Assembly: GCA_900763875.1 (NCBI GenBank)
Contig: CAAFLX010000038.1
Coordinates: 18,429 to 82,428, forward strand
Length of the DNA: 64,000 bases
DNA from: Clostridia bacterium
GTDB lineage: Bacteria; Bacillota; Clostridia; Christensenellales; CAG-917
Reading direction: 5' to 3'
This document shows positions 42,577-53,929 of the stretch, one piece after another; position 1 is the first letter of the stretch, and every line of letters starts with the position of its first letter. Made by a program: the position numbers and the translations under genes. The notes under the pieces were generated by a model, which made no database searches, was not told the origin of the DNA, and saw nothing but the letters and a program-made list of their open reading frames with translations.

Positions 42577-44997
42577 TTATGCGATTATATTCACAAGTCT
42601 GCCGGGCACGACGATGACCTTTTTGGGTGCGTTTGCAAGCTGGTCTTTGACCGCTTCGAGCGCAGCTTTTTCGATTTCCTCTTTGCTTGCAGAGGTCGGC
42701 ACGGTGACTTTGGCTCTCATCTTGGAGTTGATTTGAACTGCAAGTTCCACCTCGTCAAGCACCATTGCGGCAGGGTCGAAAGTCGGGTACGCTTGGTTGA
42801 ATACGCTGTATTTTTGACCGAGCATTTCCCAAAGCTCCTCGCAAAAATGGGGTGCGAACGGAGCAAGCAACAACACCAAATCTTTGGCGCAGTCCTTGTA
42901 GATTGCGTTCTTCCTTGCAACGTTTGCCTCGTAGTTGTACATTGCGTTGACAAACTCCATAAGTCTTGCAACCGCCGTGTTGAACGAGAATGCACCAAGG
43001 TCGTTCGTGACGCACTTTATGGTGTTGTGGCGCACGCGGTTGAGTTCCTTTTCCGCCTTGCCGAGGGGTGCGTTGTCAAAGTTGACTTCATAGCACTTTT
43101 TGACGATGCGCTCCACCCTGTCGAAGAAACGGCTGATTGATTCAAGTCCGTTGTCGTTCCAAGGGCCGCCCTCGACATAGTTGAAACCAAACATCAAATA
43201 CACTCTGAAAATATCCGCGCCGTACTTGGAAATCGAATCGTCGGGAGATACGACGTTGCCCTTCGATTTGGACATCTTGTTGCCGTCCGGGCCGAGGATT
43301 GTGCCTTGGTGGACAAGGGAGAGGAACGGCTCGTCAAAGTTGAGGTAGCCCATATCTCTCAATGCCTTGGTGAAGAAACGCGCGTAAAGAAGGTGCATAC
43401 AAGCGTGTTCCGCGCCGCCGATATACTTGTCAACGGGGAGCATTTTGTTTATCCACTCACTGTCAAAAGGATTGTCCGAATTGTTTGCGTCGGGGTATCT
43501 CAAGAAATACCAGCTCGAACACACAAACGTGTCGAGAGTGTCCGCGTCACGCTTTGCGGGACGACCGCATACGGGGCAAACCGTATTGATAAATTCGTCG
43601 CACTTTTTGAGAGGGGATTCTCCGTCGGGCGTAAAGTTGACGTTGTGCGGAAGTTGCACGGGCAAATCCTTTTCGGGGACGGGAACGTCGCCGCAGTGCT
43701 CGCAGTGAATGATGGGAATAGGCGCGCCCCAATAGCGTTGACGGCTCACGAGCCAGTCACGCAAACGGTAGTTGGTTTTCAAGCCGCCTTTGCCCTCTTT
43801 TTCGAGTTTTTTGAGTATGGCAAGTCTGCCTTCCTCGCTGCTCAAACCGTCAAACTCGCCGCTGTTGCAAAGAATACCGTCGTCGCAGAACGGCAGGGAA
43901 TCGTCCGCGCCCTCTGCGCCCTTGATGACTCTCTTAACGGGAAGTCCGAGCTTTTGAGCAAACACAAAGTCGCGCTCGTCGTGAGCGGCAACGCCCATAA
44001 CCGCGCCCGTGCCGTAGCTTGCGATAACGTAATCGGCAACGAGAACGGGCACTTCCTCGCCGTTTGCGGGGTTGATTGCATATGCGCCCGTCGGCACGCC
44101 CGTTTTCTCTCTTGTCGAGGACATACGGTCAATCTCGCTTGCCTTTGCGCTCTTTTCCTTGTACTCCTCGACCGCCGCCTTTTGCTCGTCTGTGACAACG
44201 AGGTCAACGAGGGGACTTTCGGGAGCAAGCACGACGTAGGTTACGCCGAAAACGGTGTCCGCTCTTGTGGTGAACACTTTGAAAGACACGTCGCTGTTTT
44301 TGACTTTGAACTCAACCTCGCCGCCAAAACTTCTGCCAATCCAATTCTTTTGCATAAGTTTGGTTTTTTCGGGCCAATCGAGCTTGTCGATGCAATCGAG
44401 CAATTCGTCGGCGTAGGCGGTGATTTTGAAAAACCATTGATTGAGGTTTTTGTGGGTGACTTGACTGCCGCATCTCTCGCAAACTCCGCCTTGAGCCTGC
44501 TCGTTGGCAAGCACGGTGTTGCAAGACGGACACCAGTTGACGGGAGCTTCTTTGCGATATGCAAGCCCCTTTTTGTAGAGTTGCAAAAACATCCATTGCG
44601 TCCACTTGTAGTAGTCGGGCATACAGGTTTTGATCTCGTAGTCCCAATCGTACATTGCGCCGATACGCTTGAGTTGCTCCTCCATAGTGGCAATATTTTT
44701 GAGAGTGCTCTGCTCGGGGTGAATGCCCGTCTTTATGGCGTAGTTTTCGGCAGGCAAACCGAACGCGTCAAATCCCATAGGTTGAAAAACCTCGTAGCCT
44801 TGCATACGCTTAAAACGCGCAAACGAATCGGCAGGGCCGTAGTTGTACCAGTGTCCTGCGTGCAGTTTTGCGCCCGAGGGATAGGAAAACATCTCAAGAC
44901 AGTAATACTTTTTGTCAACTTTGGAGCGGTCAAACTTATAAAGCCCGGTATCCGCCCAGATTTTTTGCCATTTGCTTTCAATTTGCTTATAGTCCAT
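42577..44997 (-). CDS. leuS: Leucine--tRNA ligase
   Basis: Contains [20 protein letters not shown] (the HIGH region) and KMSKSKGN. Confidence 0.95.
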   Translation of the reverse strand: MDYKQIESKWQKIWADTGLYKFDRSKVDKKYYCLEMFSYPSGAKLHAGHWYNYGPADSFARFKRMQGYEVFQPMGFDAFGLPAENYAIKTGIHPEQSTLKNIATMEEQLKRIGAMYDWDYEIKTCMPDYYKWTQWMFLQLYKKGLAYRKEAPVNWCPSCNTVLANEQAQGGVCERCGSQVTHKNLNQWFFKITAYADELLDCIDKLDWPEKTKLMQKNWIGRSFGGEVEFKVKNSDVSFKVFTTRADTVFGVTYVVLAPESPLVDLVVTDEQKAAVEEYKEKSAKASEIDRMSSTREKTGVPTGAYAINPANGEEVPVLVADYVIASYGTGAVMGVAAHDERDFVFAQKLGLPVKRVIKGAEGADDSLPFCDDGILCNSGEFDGLSSEEGRLAILKKLEKEGKGGLKTNYRLRDWLVSRQRYWGAPIPIIHCEHCGDVPVPEKDLPVQLPHNVNFTPDGESPLKKCDEFINTVCPVCGRPAKRDADTLDTFVCSSWYFLRYPDANNSDNPFDSEWINKMLPVDKYIGGAEHACMHLLYARFFTKALRDMGYLNFDEPFLSLVHQGTILGPDGNKMSKSKGNVVSPDDSISKYGADIFRVYLMFGFNYVEGGPWNDNGLESISRFFDRVERIVKKCYEVNFDNAPLGKAEKELNRVRHNTIKCVTNDLGAFSFNTAVARLMEFVNAMYNYEANVARKNAIYKDCAKDLVLLLAPFAPHFCEELWEMLGQKYSVFNQAYPTFDPAAMVLDEVELAVQINSKMRAKVTVPTSASKEEIEKAALEAVKDQLANAPKKVIVVPGRLVNIIA

Positions 44998-45325
44998 AAG
45001 CCGTGAGGCACTCCTCTATGTTAAAATAATAATATTTAGTTTAATACCAATACAAAACATTGTCAAGCGCGGATAAAAACTCCGCCCGTTCAAAAGCGAC
45101 ATATTGTGCAAAAAAGTCCGTGTCCAAAGCGATTTTTTTCGCGTGTCGGCGCAGTTTTCAAAGGATTGCTATTGAATACAACAAAAAAAATTGCTATAAT
45201 CCACTTGCCGAAAAAAAGCCGATTTGTATCATTCGCCAAATCCGCAATCTAGGATTGAGCAACATCGTTGGACAGAACGGCTTTATCGTGGTATAATAAT
45301 CAAATCAACAAAGGCGAGGAACGTT

Positions 45326-45937
45326 ATGTTCGTATCATTTGAAGGTTGCGAAGGCGTTGGGAAATCCACCCAACTCAAACTTCTCAAAGACTATCTTGAA
45401 TCCACCAATCAACACGCGGTTTACGTGCGCGAACCGGGCAGCACCCATATATCCGAGCAAATCCGCAAAATCATTCTCAACCCCGAAAACAAAGAGATGA
45501 CGGGCATCACCGAGGCATATCTTTACGCCTCGTCAAGAGCGCAACTCGTGCGAGAGGTCATACGCCCCGCACTTGACAGAGGCGAGCTTGTGGTGTGCGA
45601 CAGATACGTGGACAGCTCCATTGCCTACCAAGGCTACGCACGCGGACTTGGCGCGGATTTGATACGCAAAATCAATGCTCCCGCAATCGACGGACTTTTG
45701 CCCGACGTCACGATTTTCCTTGACTTGAAGCCGAGCGAAGCGTGGCGCACTTTCCGCATCACCGACGATAGGTTGGAGCTTGAATCCGCCGACTTCCACG
45801 ACAGAGTATATGCAGGCTTTAATGCCGAAATGGACGGTTCAGACCCCCGTTTTGTGCGCATAAAACCCGATTTCGACAAAAACGTGACGTCGCAAAAGAT
45901 AATTGCGGCACTCAAAGAAAGAGGTGCGATAAAGTGA
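45326..45937 (+). CDS. tmk: Thymidylate kinase
   Basis: Begins MFVSFEGCEGVGKSTQ and contains the DRY motif as CDRYVDSS. The start is the ATG at 45326. Confidence 0.9.
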   Translation: MFVSFEGCEGVGKSTQLKLLKDYLESTNQHAVYVREPGSTHISEQIRKIILNPENKEMTGITEAYLYASSRAQLVREVIRPALDRGELVVCDRYVDSSIAYQGYARGLGADLIRKINAPAIDGLLPDVTIFLDLKPSEAWRTFRITDDRLELESADFHDRVYAGFNAEMDGSDPRFVRIKPDFDKNVTSQKIIAALKERGAIK

Positions 45938-46908
45938 GTGACATCACCTTTGAAAAAGCCTTGCGCGCCTCGCGCGCCTATGGCCTTATCAAAAACGACT
46001 TCTCTTCGGGGCTTGGTCATGCCTATATGGTTGTATCCCCCGACGACGAAATCGTTGACGAGTTTTTCACTCTCGTGGCGGCGAGCGTCTATTGCCAATC
46101 GGGCGACGCCTGCCTTGAATGTTCAGAGTGCAGAAAGGTGCTTCACAACAACCACCCCGACATATATCACGTCTTCCCCACAAAGGACAAAATCAAGGTT
46201 GACGACATAGAGCAAATGCTCGACACGGTTGCCGTCAAACCTCTTTCTGGACGAAAAATCTACTTTGTGCATCGCGCAGATCAAATGAACGCGCAGGCGC
46301 AAAACAAACTTCTAAAAACCCTCGAAGAACCGCCCAAGGACGTGACGATTTTCCTTGGCGTTGCCAACGAGGCGAGCATGCTCGACACCATAAAATCGCG
46401 TGCGAGAGGGGTTGCAATCGACGTTTTCGACGAGGACGTCGTATATCAATCCTTGCTTTCGCTCGGCATCGACAAGGACACTTGCGCCGTCGCCGCGGCG
46501 TGCAGCGAGGGACAGCTCGGCAAGGCGCACAAAATCGCGCTTTCGCCAAAATATGCCGACCTATACAAGTTGGCAATATATCTGCTCAACAACCTAAGCC
46601 GCAGCTCGGACGTCGTCAAAGTGGACGGACTCGTTGCAACCGAACAGGATTTGAGCGGACTTTTGGACGTGTTGTGCATAATTCTTCGAGATATGCTCGT
46701 GTGCAAACAAAATCAAAATCTAATGTTGTCCAAACACCTATCATCGGATATAATAAATTTGAGTGGTCGCTACTCGGAGCGCGCCTTGGCGGAGATTCTT
46801 TTTCACGTCAATGTCGCACGCAGAAAACTCTCGCTCAACGTCAACGTTATGGCGACGGTGGACGACCTTCTCTTTTCAATGCTGGAGGCAAAACACAAAT
46901 GGCAATAA
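45934..46908 (+). CDS. holB: DNA polymerase III subunit delta'
   Basis: Has the zinc module CLECSECRKV and the motif NKLLKTLEEPP. The GTG start overlaps the tmk stop codon. Confidence 0.85.
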   Translation: MSDITFEKALRASRAYGLIKNDFSSGLGHAYMVVSPDDEIVDEFFTLVAASVYCQSGDACLECSECRKVLHNNHPDIYHVFPTKDKIKVDDIEQMLDTVAVKPLSGRKIYFVHRADQMNAQAQNKLLKTLEEPPKDVTIFLGVANEASMLDTIKSRARGVAIDVFDEDVVYQSLLSLGIDKDTCAVAAACSEGQLGKAHKIALSPKYADLYKLAIYLLNNLSRSSDVVKVDGLVATEQDLSGLLDVLCIILRDMLVCKQNQNLMLSKHLSSDIINLSGRYSERALAEILFHVNVARRKLSLNVNVMATVDDLLFSMLEAKHKWQ

Positions 46909-47753
46909 TCGTAGGTATAAAGTTTAGAAACACCAACAAGGTGTATTATTTCGACCCCAAAGACCTCTCTTTTGAGGAGGGCGACGGCGTTATCGTGGAA
47001 ACGGCGCGCGGACTGGAATACGCAATTTGCGCAATAGCAAACAAGAGCGTTGACGACTCCGAAATCGTGCAGCCCCTCAAACCCGTCGTGCGCAAAGCCA
47101 CCGCCGAGGACTTGAAATGCGTGGAGAAAAACCTGCAAGACAAGGAGCACGCCCTCAAAGTCATTCGCGAAAAAGTGGCGGAAATGAACATAAATATGAA
47201 ACTTGTGGACGCAGAATATACCTTTGACCGCTCAAAGCTCATATTCTACTTCACCGCCGAGGGCAGAGTCGATTTTAGAGAGCTTGTGCGCGTGCTTGCG
47301 TCGATATTTAAAATCCGCATAGAACTGCGCCAAATCTATGAGCGCGACGACACAAAAATGCGAGGTGCGCTTGCGCCTTGCGGTCGCCCCTGCTGCTGCA
47401 CCACCCACCTGCCCGACTTTGAAAAAGTGTCCATAAAAATGGCAAAAGTGCAGGGGTTGAGCCTAAATCCACAAAAGATAAGCGGCGTGTGCGGCAGACT
47501 TATGTGCTGCCTCAAATACGAAAACGCCTACTACACCGAAACGTACAAACTTATGCCGAAAGTGGGCAGCAAGGTCAAAACACCGGACGGCGAGGGCACT
47601 GTTGAGTCAAACGACCTCATCAAGCAAACCGCTCGTGTGAAAGTAATGCTCAAAGACGGCAGTTTCGACGTGCGCACCTATCCCCTCGACGATATGAAAA
47701 TCGGCGAGAGGCAATCAACTGCCGAAATCGATTCGATGTCCGATTCCGAATAA
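46901..47753 (+). CDS. ricT: PSP1-domain regulator RicT/YaaT
   Basis: Contains MAIIVGIKFRNTNKVYYFDP and the Cys cluster GRPCCC..GRLMCCLKYE. The tmk-holB-yaaT synteny matches Bacillus. Confidence 0.9.
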
Positions 47754-47785
47754 AATCGCTCGTCAACAAATTCCCAAAAAACTAA

Positions 47786-47850
47786 AAGCCTCTGCCAAAG
47801 CAATTCGCATTTTCAATACGTTATGTTTGGCGGAGGCTTTTTTATTTTTC
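47786..47850 (+). terminator. Rho-independent terminator (long hairpin)
   Basis: The stem aagcctctgccaaa/tttggcggaggctt is followed by ttttttattttt. Confidence 0.65.
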
Positions 47851-47927
47851 AAATAGTTGCGTTTTTTGCGTGTTTTTGCGTGTTTTGCAGTTGCAAGGCA
47901 CAAATCGATGGCAACATCAACCGAACT

Positions 47928-49142
47928 TCATTCGACTTCTTTCAACAGTATATCTCCTTGGTCGAGAGGCAACGGACATTCAAACGAATAGACGTGTTGC
48001 ACAAGTTTTGCGTCGTCCGTGACGGTGTTGTCGTTTGTGTGCGTAAGCGCGCCGAGCGTAAACGTTTTGCCGTTGAGAGCGGACGGCGCAAGCACAACGA
48101 GCGTTTCGCCCGTTTTGAATCGGTTGCGCATCTCAACGGTTACAATGCCGTTTTCACACTTCTGCACAACGGCGGTAAAGACGTATTTTTCGGGAGATTG
48201 CCCCTCGTCCAAACATATCGTGTCAAGGTTGTCACCCTCAAAATATGCGTCGGTGTAGGTGCGGTGCGCCACGGTTTCGAGGTCTGCATTGTACTTGTCC
48301 GCATTTTGAATCGCACCCGTTGCGAGATATTCGTCAATTGCGTGACGGTAAGCATTTGCAACCGTCGCAACATAAAACTCGCTCTTCATACGTCCCTCGA
48401 CTTTGAGCGAAACTATTCCGCATTCGGCAAGGTCGGGAATGTGCTTTAACAGGCGCAAATCCCTGCTGTTCATAAAATACGTGCCGCGCGAATCTTCCTC
48501 GACGTCGAGGGGTTTTGAGGCGTGGCGTTCGGTTTCGGCAATACGGTATCCCCACCTGCAAGGCTGTATGCACGCGCCCCTGTTGGCACTGCGCCCTGCA
48601 AAATACGTGGACAAAAGACAGCGACCGCTGTAACTCATACACATCGCTCCGTGGACAAATGCTTCAAGCTCCATATCGGGCACGGCGGCGTGGATTTGTT
48701 TTATCTCGTCAAGCCCCAATTCTCTTGCAAGCACCACGCGCTTTACCCCCATACTCTGCCAAAACTTGACGGCGAGAAGATTTGTCGTATTCGCTTGCGT
48801 CGATAGATGAATTGCAAGATTCGGCGCAACTTCTTTGCAAAGCGCAACAAGCCCGACGTCGCTGACAAGCACGGCGTCAACGTTTGCCGATTCAAGAAAA
48901 ACAAAGTAGTCTTTGAGTGCGTCAAGGTCGGCGTTTCTTGCAAAAATGTTTGCCGTGACATAAACTTTTTTGCCAAGATTGTGCGCATAATTCACGCCCT
49001 CGACGATTTCGTCGTTTGAGAAATTGTCTGCAAAAGCGCGTAAAGAAAACGCTTTGCCACCGATGTACACGGCGTCCGCGCCAAAGTGAAAAGCCGTTTT
49101 GAGTTTTTTCAGGTTGCCTGCCGGCATAAGAAGTTCAAGCAT
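47928..49142 (-). CDS. Peptidase U32 family protein
   Basis: Contains MLELLMPAGN..GADAVYIGG, and ELEAFVHGAMCMSYSGRC. The start is the ATG at 49142. Confidence 0.85.
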   Translation of the reverse strand: MLELLMPAGNLKKLKTAFHFGADAVYIGGKAFSLRAFADNFSNDEIVEGVNYAHNLGKKVYVTANIFARNADLDALKDYFVFLESANVDAVLVSDVGLVALCKEVAPNLAIHLSTQANTTNLLAVKFWQSMGVKRVVLARELGLDEIKQIHAAVPDMELEAFVHGAMCMSYSGRCLLSTYFAGRSANRGACIQPCRWGYRIAETERHASKPLDVEEDSRGTYFMNSRDLRLLKHIPDLAECGIVSLKVEGRMKSEFYVATVANAYRHAIDEYLATGAIQNADKYNADLETVAHRTYTDAYFEGDNLDTICLDEGQSPEKYVFTAVVQKCENGIVTVEMRNRFKTGETLVVLAPSALNGKTFTLGALTHTNDNTVTDDAKLVQHVYSFECPLPLDQGDILLKEVE

Positions 49143-49269
49143 ATTCAGTCCCTTTCGCTTGCGCCGATTTTGCGCTTGCCAAAACCGATTGTTTTGGCAC
49201 AAAAAGCCTTTTATCAACACAAATCGGCATTGTAAAATGCCGATTTGGTGAGTTGTGTATGATTCTCGA

Positions 49270-49812
49270 TTAGTCAGTTATGATGGGAATTTGGGCAAGA
49301 TACACGATGTCGTCGCGCTCTGCCGCGTCACCCTCTGCAAGCACGAAAGCCTTTTTGCAAATGATTCCGCCTGCAAGATTGACGATTTGTTCAAGACCTC
49401 TGAGGCTGCCTCCCGTTGACACAACGTCGTCAACGATTGCAACTTTTTTGCCCTTGATGAGGTCTGCGTCGTGCTTGGACAAATAAAGCGTTTGCTCATT
49501 GCCCGTTGTTATCGACTTAACCGTCGTCGATATGCCGTCTTGCATATAGAGTTTCTTTGATTTTCTGCACACGGCGTAGTATCTTTGTCCAAGCTCACGC
49601 GCAATGACGTGGCTCAGTTGCAAGCCTTTTGATTCCGCCGTGATGACAACGTCGCAATCGCCAAGAAGTTTTGCAAGTTCCTTGCCGCAGTGCTCCGTCA
49701 GCGCGGAGTCGCCGTGAAGATTGAAAAAGCAAATGCTTATACCGTTTGGAAGCGGAAGTATTGGAAGCTCCGCCTCGAAGCCTTTGATGTCAACTTTGTA
49801 AATTCTGTCCAT
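49270..49812 (-). CDS. Phosphoribosyltransferase (purine PRT-like)
   Basis: The PRPP-binding loop reads KKVAIVDDVVSTGGS. Confidence 0.8.
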   Translation of the reverse strand: MDRIYKVDIKGFEAELPILPLPNGISICFFNLHGDSALTEHCGKELAKLLGDCDVVITAESKGLQLSHVIARELGQRYYAVCRKSKKLYMQDGISTTVKSITTGNEQTLYLSKHDADLIKGKKVAIVDDVVSTGGSLRGLEQIVNLAGGIICKKAFVLAEGDAAERDDIVYLAQIPIITD

Positions 49813-49869
49813 TGTATCCTCCGAAACTCAATCGTTTCGCAAAGTGTATTCGTTGCAAACAACCCGTAT

Positions 49870-49898
49870 ATTATATGATATACGCGCGCACTTTTCAA
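49870..49898 (-). promoter_or_regulatory. Candidate sigma-A promoter for the PRTase gene (TTGAAA, 17-nt spacer, TATAAT)
   Basis: On the minus strand, ttgaaa lies at 49898-49893 and tataat at 49875-49870. Confidence 0.5.
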
Positions 49899-49939
49899 GA
49901 CAAAAAGGAATATTCCTTGCAAGAAAATGAAAAGGCGAT

Positions 49940-50221
49940 TCAGTCCTCTTTTTTAGGGGCGCAATCCGTTGAAACACAAGCGTTCTGCTCGGCTGTGTCG
50001 CTGTCAATCTTGCTTTGGTCAACGTTGTTGTAGGCGGTGAGTTTAACCTTGTTTTCGTCTTTGTCCACAACGTAGGTGTTGTCAAGCTGCGCGCGAAGAT
50101 TGCCCACCACGCTTTGCACGTATTCCTTGCGGAGCTTTGCCTGCTCCTCTTTTTCTTCGGGAGTAAGTCCGACGGTTTTTGCTTTTTTTGCCAGTTCGTT
50201 GATTCTTTGAATGTTCAGCAT
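49940..50221 (-). CDS. UPF0291/DUF896 (YnzC-like) protein
   Basis: Contains RINELAKKAKTVGLTPEEKEEQAKLRKEY. Confidence 0.7.
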   Translation of the reverse strand: MLNIQRINELAKKAKTVGLTPEEKEEQAKLRKEYVQSVVGNLRAQLDNTYVVDKDENKVKLTAYNNVDQSKIDSDTAEQNACVSTDCAPKKED

Positions 50222-50222
50222 A

Positions 50223-50903
50223 TCATGCCTCCGAATATGTGTGCCAATCTATCGGCGTTTCGCCGTGAGATTGAAGAAAGTCGTTGCATTTTGAAAAGTG
50301 TTTGCACCCGAAAAACCCTGCGTATGCCGACAAAGGCGATGGGTGCGGACACTCCAAAATCAAGTGTTGCGGATTTGTTATCAACGCTTTTTTCGAGCGT
50401 GCGTTGCCGCCCCAAAGCATAAACACGATTGGCTCTTGGCGCGCGTTTAGCTTTTTGATGATGCTGTCCGTCAGCACTTCCCAGCCCTGCCCCTTGTGGG
50501 AGTTTGGCTGTCCCTCTCGCACGGTCAGCACCGTGTTGAGCAACAACACTCCTTGCTTTGCCCAGTTGACAAGATAGGGAGAGGTGTTTTTCACCCCGAC
50601 GTCCGCCGCGATTTCCTTGAATATGTTGACAAGCGACGGCGGAGCAGGCACGTTGGGCTTGACCGAAAAGCACATACCGTGAGCCTGTCCTGCGCCGTGA
50701 TAGGGGTCTTGCCCCAAAATCACGACCTTGACCTTTTCGTAGGGAGTGTATTTGAGCGCGTTGAAGATGTCGTGCATATCGGGATAAACCGCCCTCGAGC
50801 GGTATTCCGTCGCAAGAAACTTGCGCAAATTCTGATAGTTTTCGCTGTCAAAGTCCTCTTTGAGCACCTCGTCCCAGCTGTTGCCGATGTTCACCATATC
50901 CAT
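50223..50903 (-). CDS. ung: Uracil-DNA glycosylase
   Basis: Contains VVILGQDPYHGAGQAHGMCFSV and LLLNTVLTV. The start is ambiguous among 50915 (TTG), 50903 and 50897 (both ATG). Confidence 0.9.
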   Translation of the reverse strand: MDMVNIGNSWDEVLKEDFDSENYQNLRKFLATEYRSRAVYPDMHDIFNALKYTPYEKVKVVILGQDPYHGAGQAHGMCFSVKPNVPAPPSLVNIFKEIAADVGVKNTSPYLVNWAKQGVLLLNTVLTVREGQPNSHKGQGWEVLTDSIIKKLNARQEPIVFMLWGGNARSKKALITNPQHLILECPHPSPLSAYAGFFGCKHFSKCNDFLQSHGETPIDWHTYSEA

Positions 50904-51020
50904 ATTATACCACAATTTTTTTTGAGCGCAACTGTATATAACCGCAACCTTTTTCCCATACTATCATCAATCCGCAAGGATACACAAAAAAAGGCTATAC
51001 GCCAAAAAAAGGAGAACATT

Positions 51021-51152
51021 ATGGCAAAATCCGAAACCAAAACAAAACGCAACGGCGCATGTCATTGCGACGAACAAAAAGAAAGCAAAACAACCAAATC
51101 TCGTGCAAAGAGCGGCGGCAAAGAACCCACCGATTGCAAAAACTGCAAGTAA
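51021..51152 (+). CDS. Possible small basic Cys-containing protein (43 aa)
   Basis: The ATG at 51021 is preceded by aaaaggagaacatt. The translation is MAKSETKTKRNGACHCDEQKESKTTKSRAKSGGKEPTDCKNCK. Confidence 0.4.
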   Translation: MAKSETKTKRNGACHCDEQKESKTTKSRAKSGGKEPTDCKNCK

Positions 51153-51261
51153 TCGATTTTTGTAAATTTGAACAACTCACGCGGCTGTAAATCGGAGCGT
51201 TTAATCACTCCTGCTATCACAGCAGTTGATTAAAACTGCGCCAAATCTTGGTTAGAAAATG

Positions 51262-51384
51262 AAAACCGCGATATTGAGATGAAGAACAAGGAAAAACCGC
51301 TCGCACAGATAGGAGCGTACTTATCGTACGTGACTATTTGTGTGAGCGGTTTTGACACAGTTATTCGCTCAATAGCGCGGTTTT
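51262..51384 (+). repeat. R2 long hairpin, single unit
   Basis: The outer stem is aaaaccgcgatattgag/ctcaatagcgcggtttt. The 3' end contains the stop codon of the phosphoesterase gene. Confidence 0.9.
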
Positions 51385-52867
51385 AGTGTTGGGTGGCGTA
51401 ATCGTTTGCCCCCTCAAAATCCGCATAATAGTTCTTGGCGGCGCAATCAAAATTGCCTTGTGCGTCAAGAGTGATGACGGTGCAGCCGCGTTGAGCGGTC
51501 TGTTTGAAGATGCCGGGATAGGCAAGGTAGTCAACGGACATGCTGTAAGTCAAGCGAATGGAGCGGTCAGCACCGGCAGGAGTGTAGTTGACGGAGAAGT
51601 TGTTGAGGTGGTCGTGGCCGCAGAACACGCCTTGCATGCCGTGAGCAAGTCCTTTGGCAAAGAGGTCGTCCTCGCCGTAGCCGCAGGATACGCCGTAGGT
51701 GCGCACGCCGTTTTTGGGCTTGTCGGTTTCGTGCATTTCGCCGTAGATAAGCTCGGTCGTGCCTATGTCGGTGGTGATTTTGTCACCGGGTTTGACAGCA
51801 TAGTCCTTGTTGCCTGCCTTATGCTCTTTTTCGGTGGTGTCGATGACATTTGCCCACGCGTCACGGAACTCTCTGAGCGGAATGTGGAAGAAGGAAAGGT
51901 TTTTGACTTCCTTACCGTTGTTGGCGGCTTTGAGCTTGTCCATCTCGGTTGCGTACCAATCGGTTTGTTTTTGATGGATATTGTCGTATTTCCATGCCAT
52001 GCCGAGATAGTCGCCGTCGGTGTAGCTGTGGCTGTCGAACATAACGAGGGCTTGATTGATTGAGCCGTCGCTGTTTTTGACGACGATCATATCGTTGCCA
52101 AAGCCGATAGAGTCCTTGCTCATGACGTCCTTGGTGTCGCAAAAACCTGCTCTAAACAAGCAATATTTGAAGTTTTCATCGGCATAGTAGTTGCAGATTT
52201 CGTCACGAGAATAGAGGCTGTAAAGCTCGGTGTCGTGGTTGCCGAACGTAAACGTCCAGTACACGCCGAGGTTTTCCATCATCTTGGCAAAGATTCTCGT
52301 TGCGTTGAGGTTGTTGAACGTGCCTGCTTGCACGGGGACGGGATATGCGATATCGCCGGTGACGACCACGAGGTCGGGTTTAGTTTGGCGCACCATAGTT
52401 GCAACGGCGTTCATTGCCCAGTTGTCTTTCGAGCCAGAGAACGCGCCGCCGCCGATATGTACGTCGGTCAACTGCAAAATCTTAAATTCCCTGCCGTCGG
52501 GTTTTGTAAACGTCCAATAACCCAAGTTTTCGTCGTAAGTCGGCTTGAGTTGGTCGGTGTACTCAACCTTGTCAAAGCTGTCGGCGAGTTTGAGATGTGC
52601 GGTGGTGTAAACCGACGAAGCGATTGCACAGCCGCTGAAGAATATCACAAGCGCGAGAACCACGCATCCCGTGATAATCAACGCTTTTGCCGTTCTTTTC
52701 TTTTTCTGTTCGGGGGTGAGGTTTTTCTTTGCTTTTTTGCATTTTTTGGCTTTTTTGCCGTCAACGTCTTTGCAGACGTCCTCTTGCCCGTTTAGGTCTT
52801 GACTTTCGTCGCAGACTTGTTGTGATTCTTCTTGCGCGATTTCTGAATTTTTGATTTCGTCGCTCAT
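51383..52867 (-). CDS. Membrane-anchored metallophosphoesterase (calcineurin-like)
   Basis: Contains LTDVHIGG, VVTGDIAYP, GNHDTE and GHDH. Confidence 0.85.
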   Translation of the reverse strand: MSDEIKNSEIAQEESQQVCDESQDLNGQEDVCKDVDGKKAKKCKKAKKNLTPEQKKKRTAKALIITGCVVLALVIFFSGCAIASSVYTTAHLKLADSFDKVEYTDQLKPTYDENLGYWTFTKPDGREFKILQLTDVHIGGGAFSGSKDNWAMNAVATMVRQTKPDLVVVTGDIAYPVPVQAGTFNNLNATRIFAKMMENLGVYWTFTFGNHDTELYSLYSRDEICNYYADENFKYCLFRAGFCDTKDVMSKDSIGFGNDMIVVKNSDGSINQALVMFDSHSYTDGDYLGMAWKYDNIHQKQTDWYATEMDKLKAANNGKEVKNLSFFHIPLREFRDAWANVIDTTEKEHKAGNKDYAVKPGDKITTDIGTTELIYGEMHETDKPKNGVRTYGVSCGYGEDDLFAKGLAHGMQGVFCGHDHLNNFSVNYTPAGADRSIRLTYSMSVDYLAYPGIFKQTAQRGCTVITLDAQGNFDCAAKNYYADFEGANDYATQH

Positions 52868-52972
52868 AAATCCCTCCTTGATTGCTACAATTGTAGATAC
52901 ATTATATACTATTTTTGTGTATTTTCAATAGTCAATTTCGTCAATACTCGCATTTTTTGGCGGCATATCTCC

Positions 52973-53929
52973 CTATTTCTCTGCATTTTGAAACGGTTTT
53001 TCAACGCTATCGTCGGTTTTGCAATCGTTTGACGTCGCGCTGTCCTCACCGCCCGCGCTTGCATTGTCTTGATTTTTTTCATCTTCGCTTGCGCTTTGAC
53101 TTTGCACGGCGATAAACGTTATCTCGGCGTTGGTTGCCGCGCGCACCTCGTCGCTCATTTTGTCAAAGTCCGCCTCGCAAGGCGAAAGCACGTAGGCGTT
53201 GCCGATTTTTGCACCGTAGCCGTAGTCGTGAATATCCGTCTTGTCAAGAGTTGCGCCAAAGTTTCGGCAAGTTGTTTCGATTGCGGCAATCTCGTCCTTT
53301 GCGCCGTCGCCGACAACGATTGCGCGCACGTTTTCAACCACCATTTTGATGCCGAAAACAATGACGACAACGCTTATGACAATCCCGACTATTGCATCGG
53401 CGGCATAATTTATCCTTGACGTCACCGAAAACGCAACCACGCTCGTTGCGGTTATGCCGAGGTCGAGAAAACTGTCGAGCATCACCGCGCGCAGAGCTTG
53501 CGAACGGAACTTCTTGTTTGAAAAATAATACATCAATCCCATACCGAGTTTTATCGGCACGCACACGCTGATAAGCACCATATTTTGCCAGCCGTAAAAC
53601 ACGGGTTCGGGCATCGCCAAACGATTGATTGAGCGGAACAAAAACAAACCGCCCATAGCCACCGACACGACGGCGACGATAAAGCCTGCAAGATACTCGC
53701 CCCTGCCGTAGCCGTGCGGCGCACTCTCTTGCTTTGGCGCAAGCAAAACGAAAAACACGACGAGCGTCACTATGCAAGTGATAACGTCAAGAAAACTGTT
53801 GATTGAGTCAAGCATTATGCACAAACTGTTTGAGGAAAGCCCCACGTACATCTTGATTGCGGCAAGTGCAACGTTGATGAGAATGCCGATTGCTATGACC
53901 AAAATTGACTTTTTTACACGCGTTTTCAT
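52973..53929 (-). CDS. Cation diffusion facilitator family transporter
   Basis: Six TM segments. TM2 has the metal-site context LDSINSFLD, and there is a C-terminal cytoplasmic domain. Confidence 0.9.
   Translation of the reverse strand: MKTRVKKSILVIAIGILINVALAAIKMYVGLSSNSLCIMLDSINSFLDVITCIVTLVVFFVLLAPKQESAPHGYGRGEYLAGFIVAVVSVAMGGLFLFRSINRLAMPEPVFYGWQNMVLISVCVPIKLGMGLMYYFSNKKFRSQALRAVMLDSFLDLGITATSVVAFSVTSRINYAADAIVGIVISVVVIVFGIKMVVENVRAIVVGDGAKDEIAAIETTCRNFGATLDKTDIHDYGYGAKIGNAYVLSPCEADFDKMSDEVRAATNAEITFIAVQSQSASEDEKNQDNASAGGEDSATSNDCKTDDSVEKPFQNAEK

Noticed and set aside
49813-49939. A purine riboswitch upstream of the phosphoribosyltransferase gene.
   Set aside because: The leader after the TTGAAA-17-TATAAT promoter is only about 55 nt and lacks the conserved three-way-junction loop motifs.
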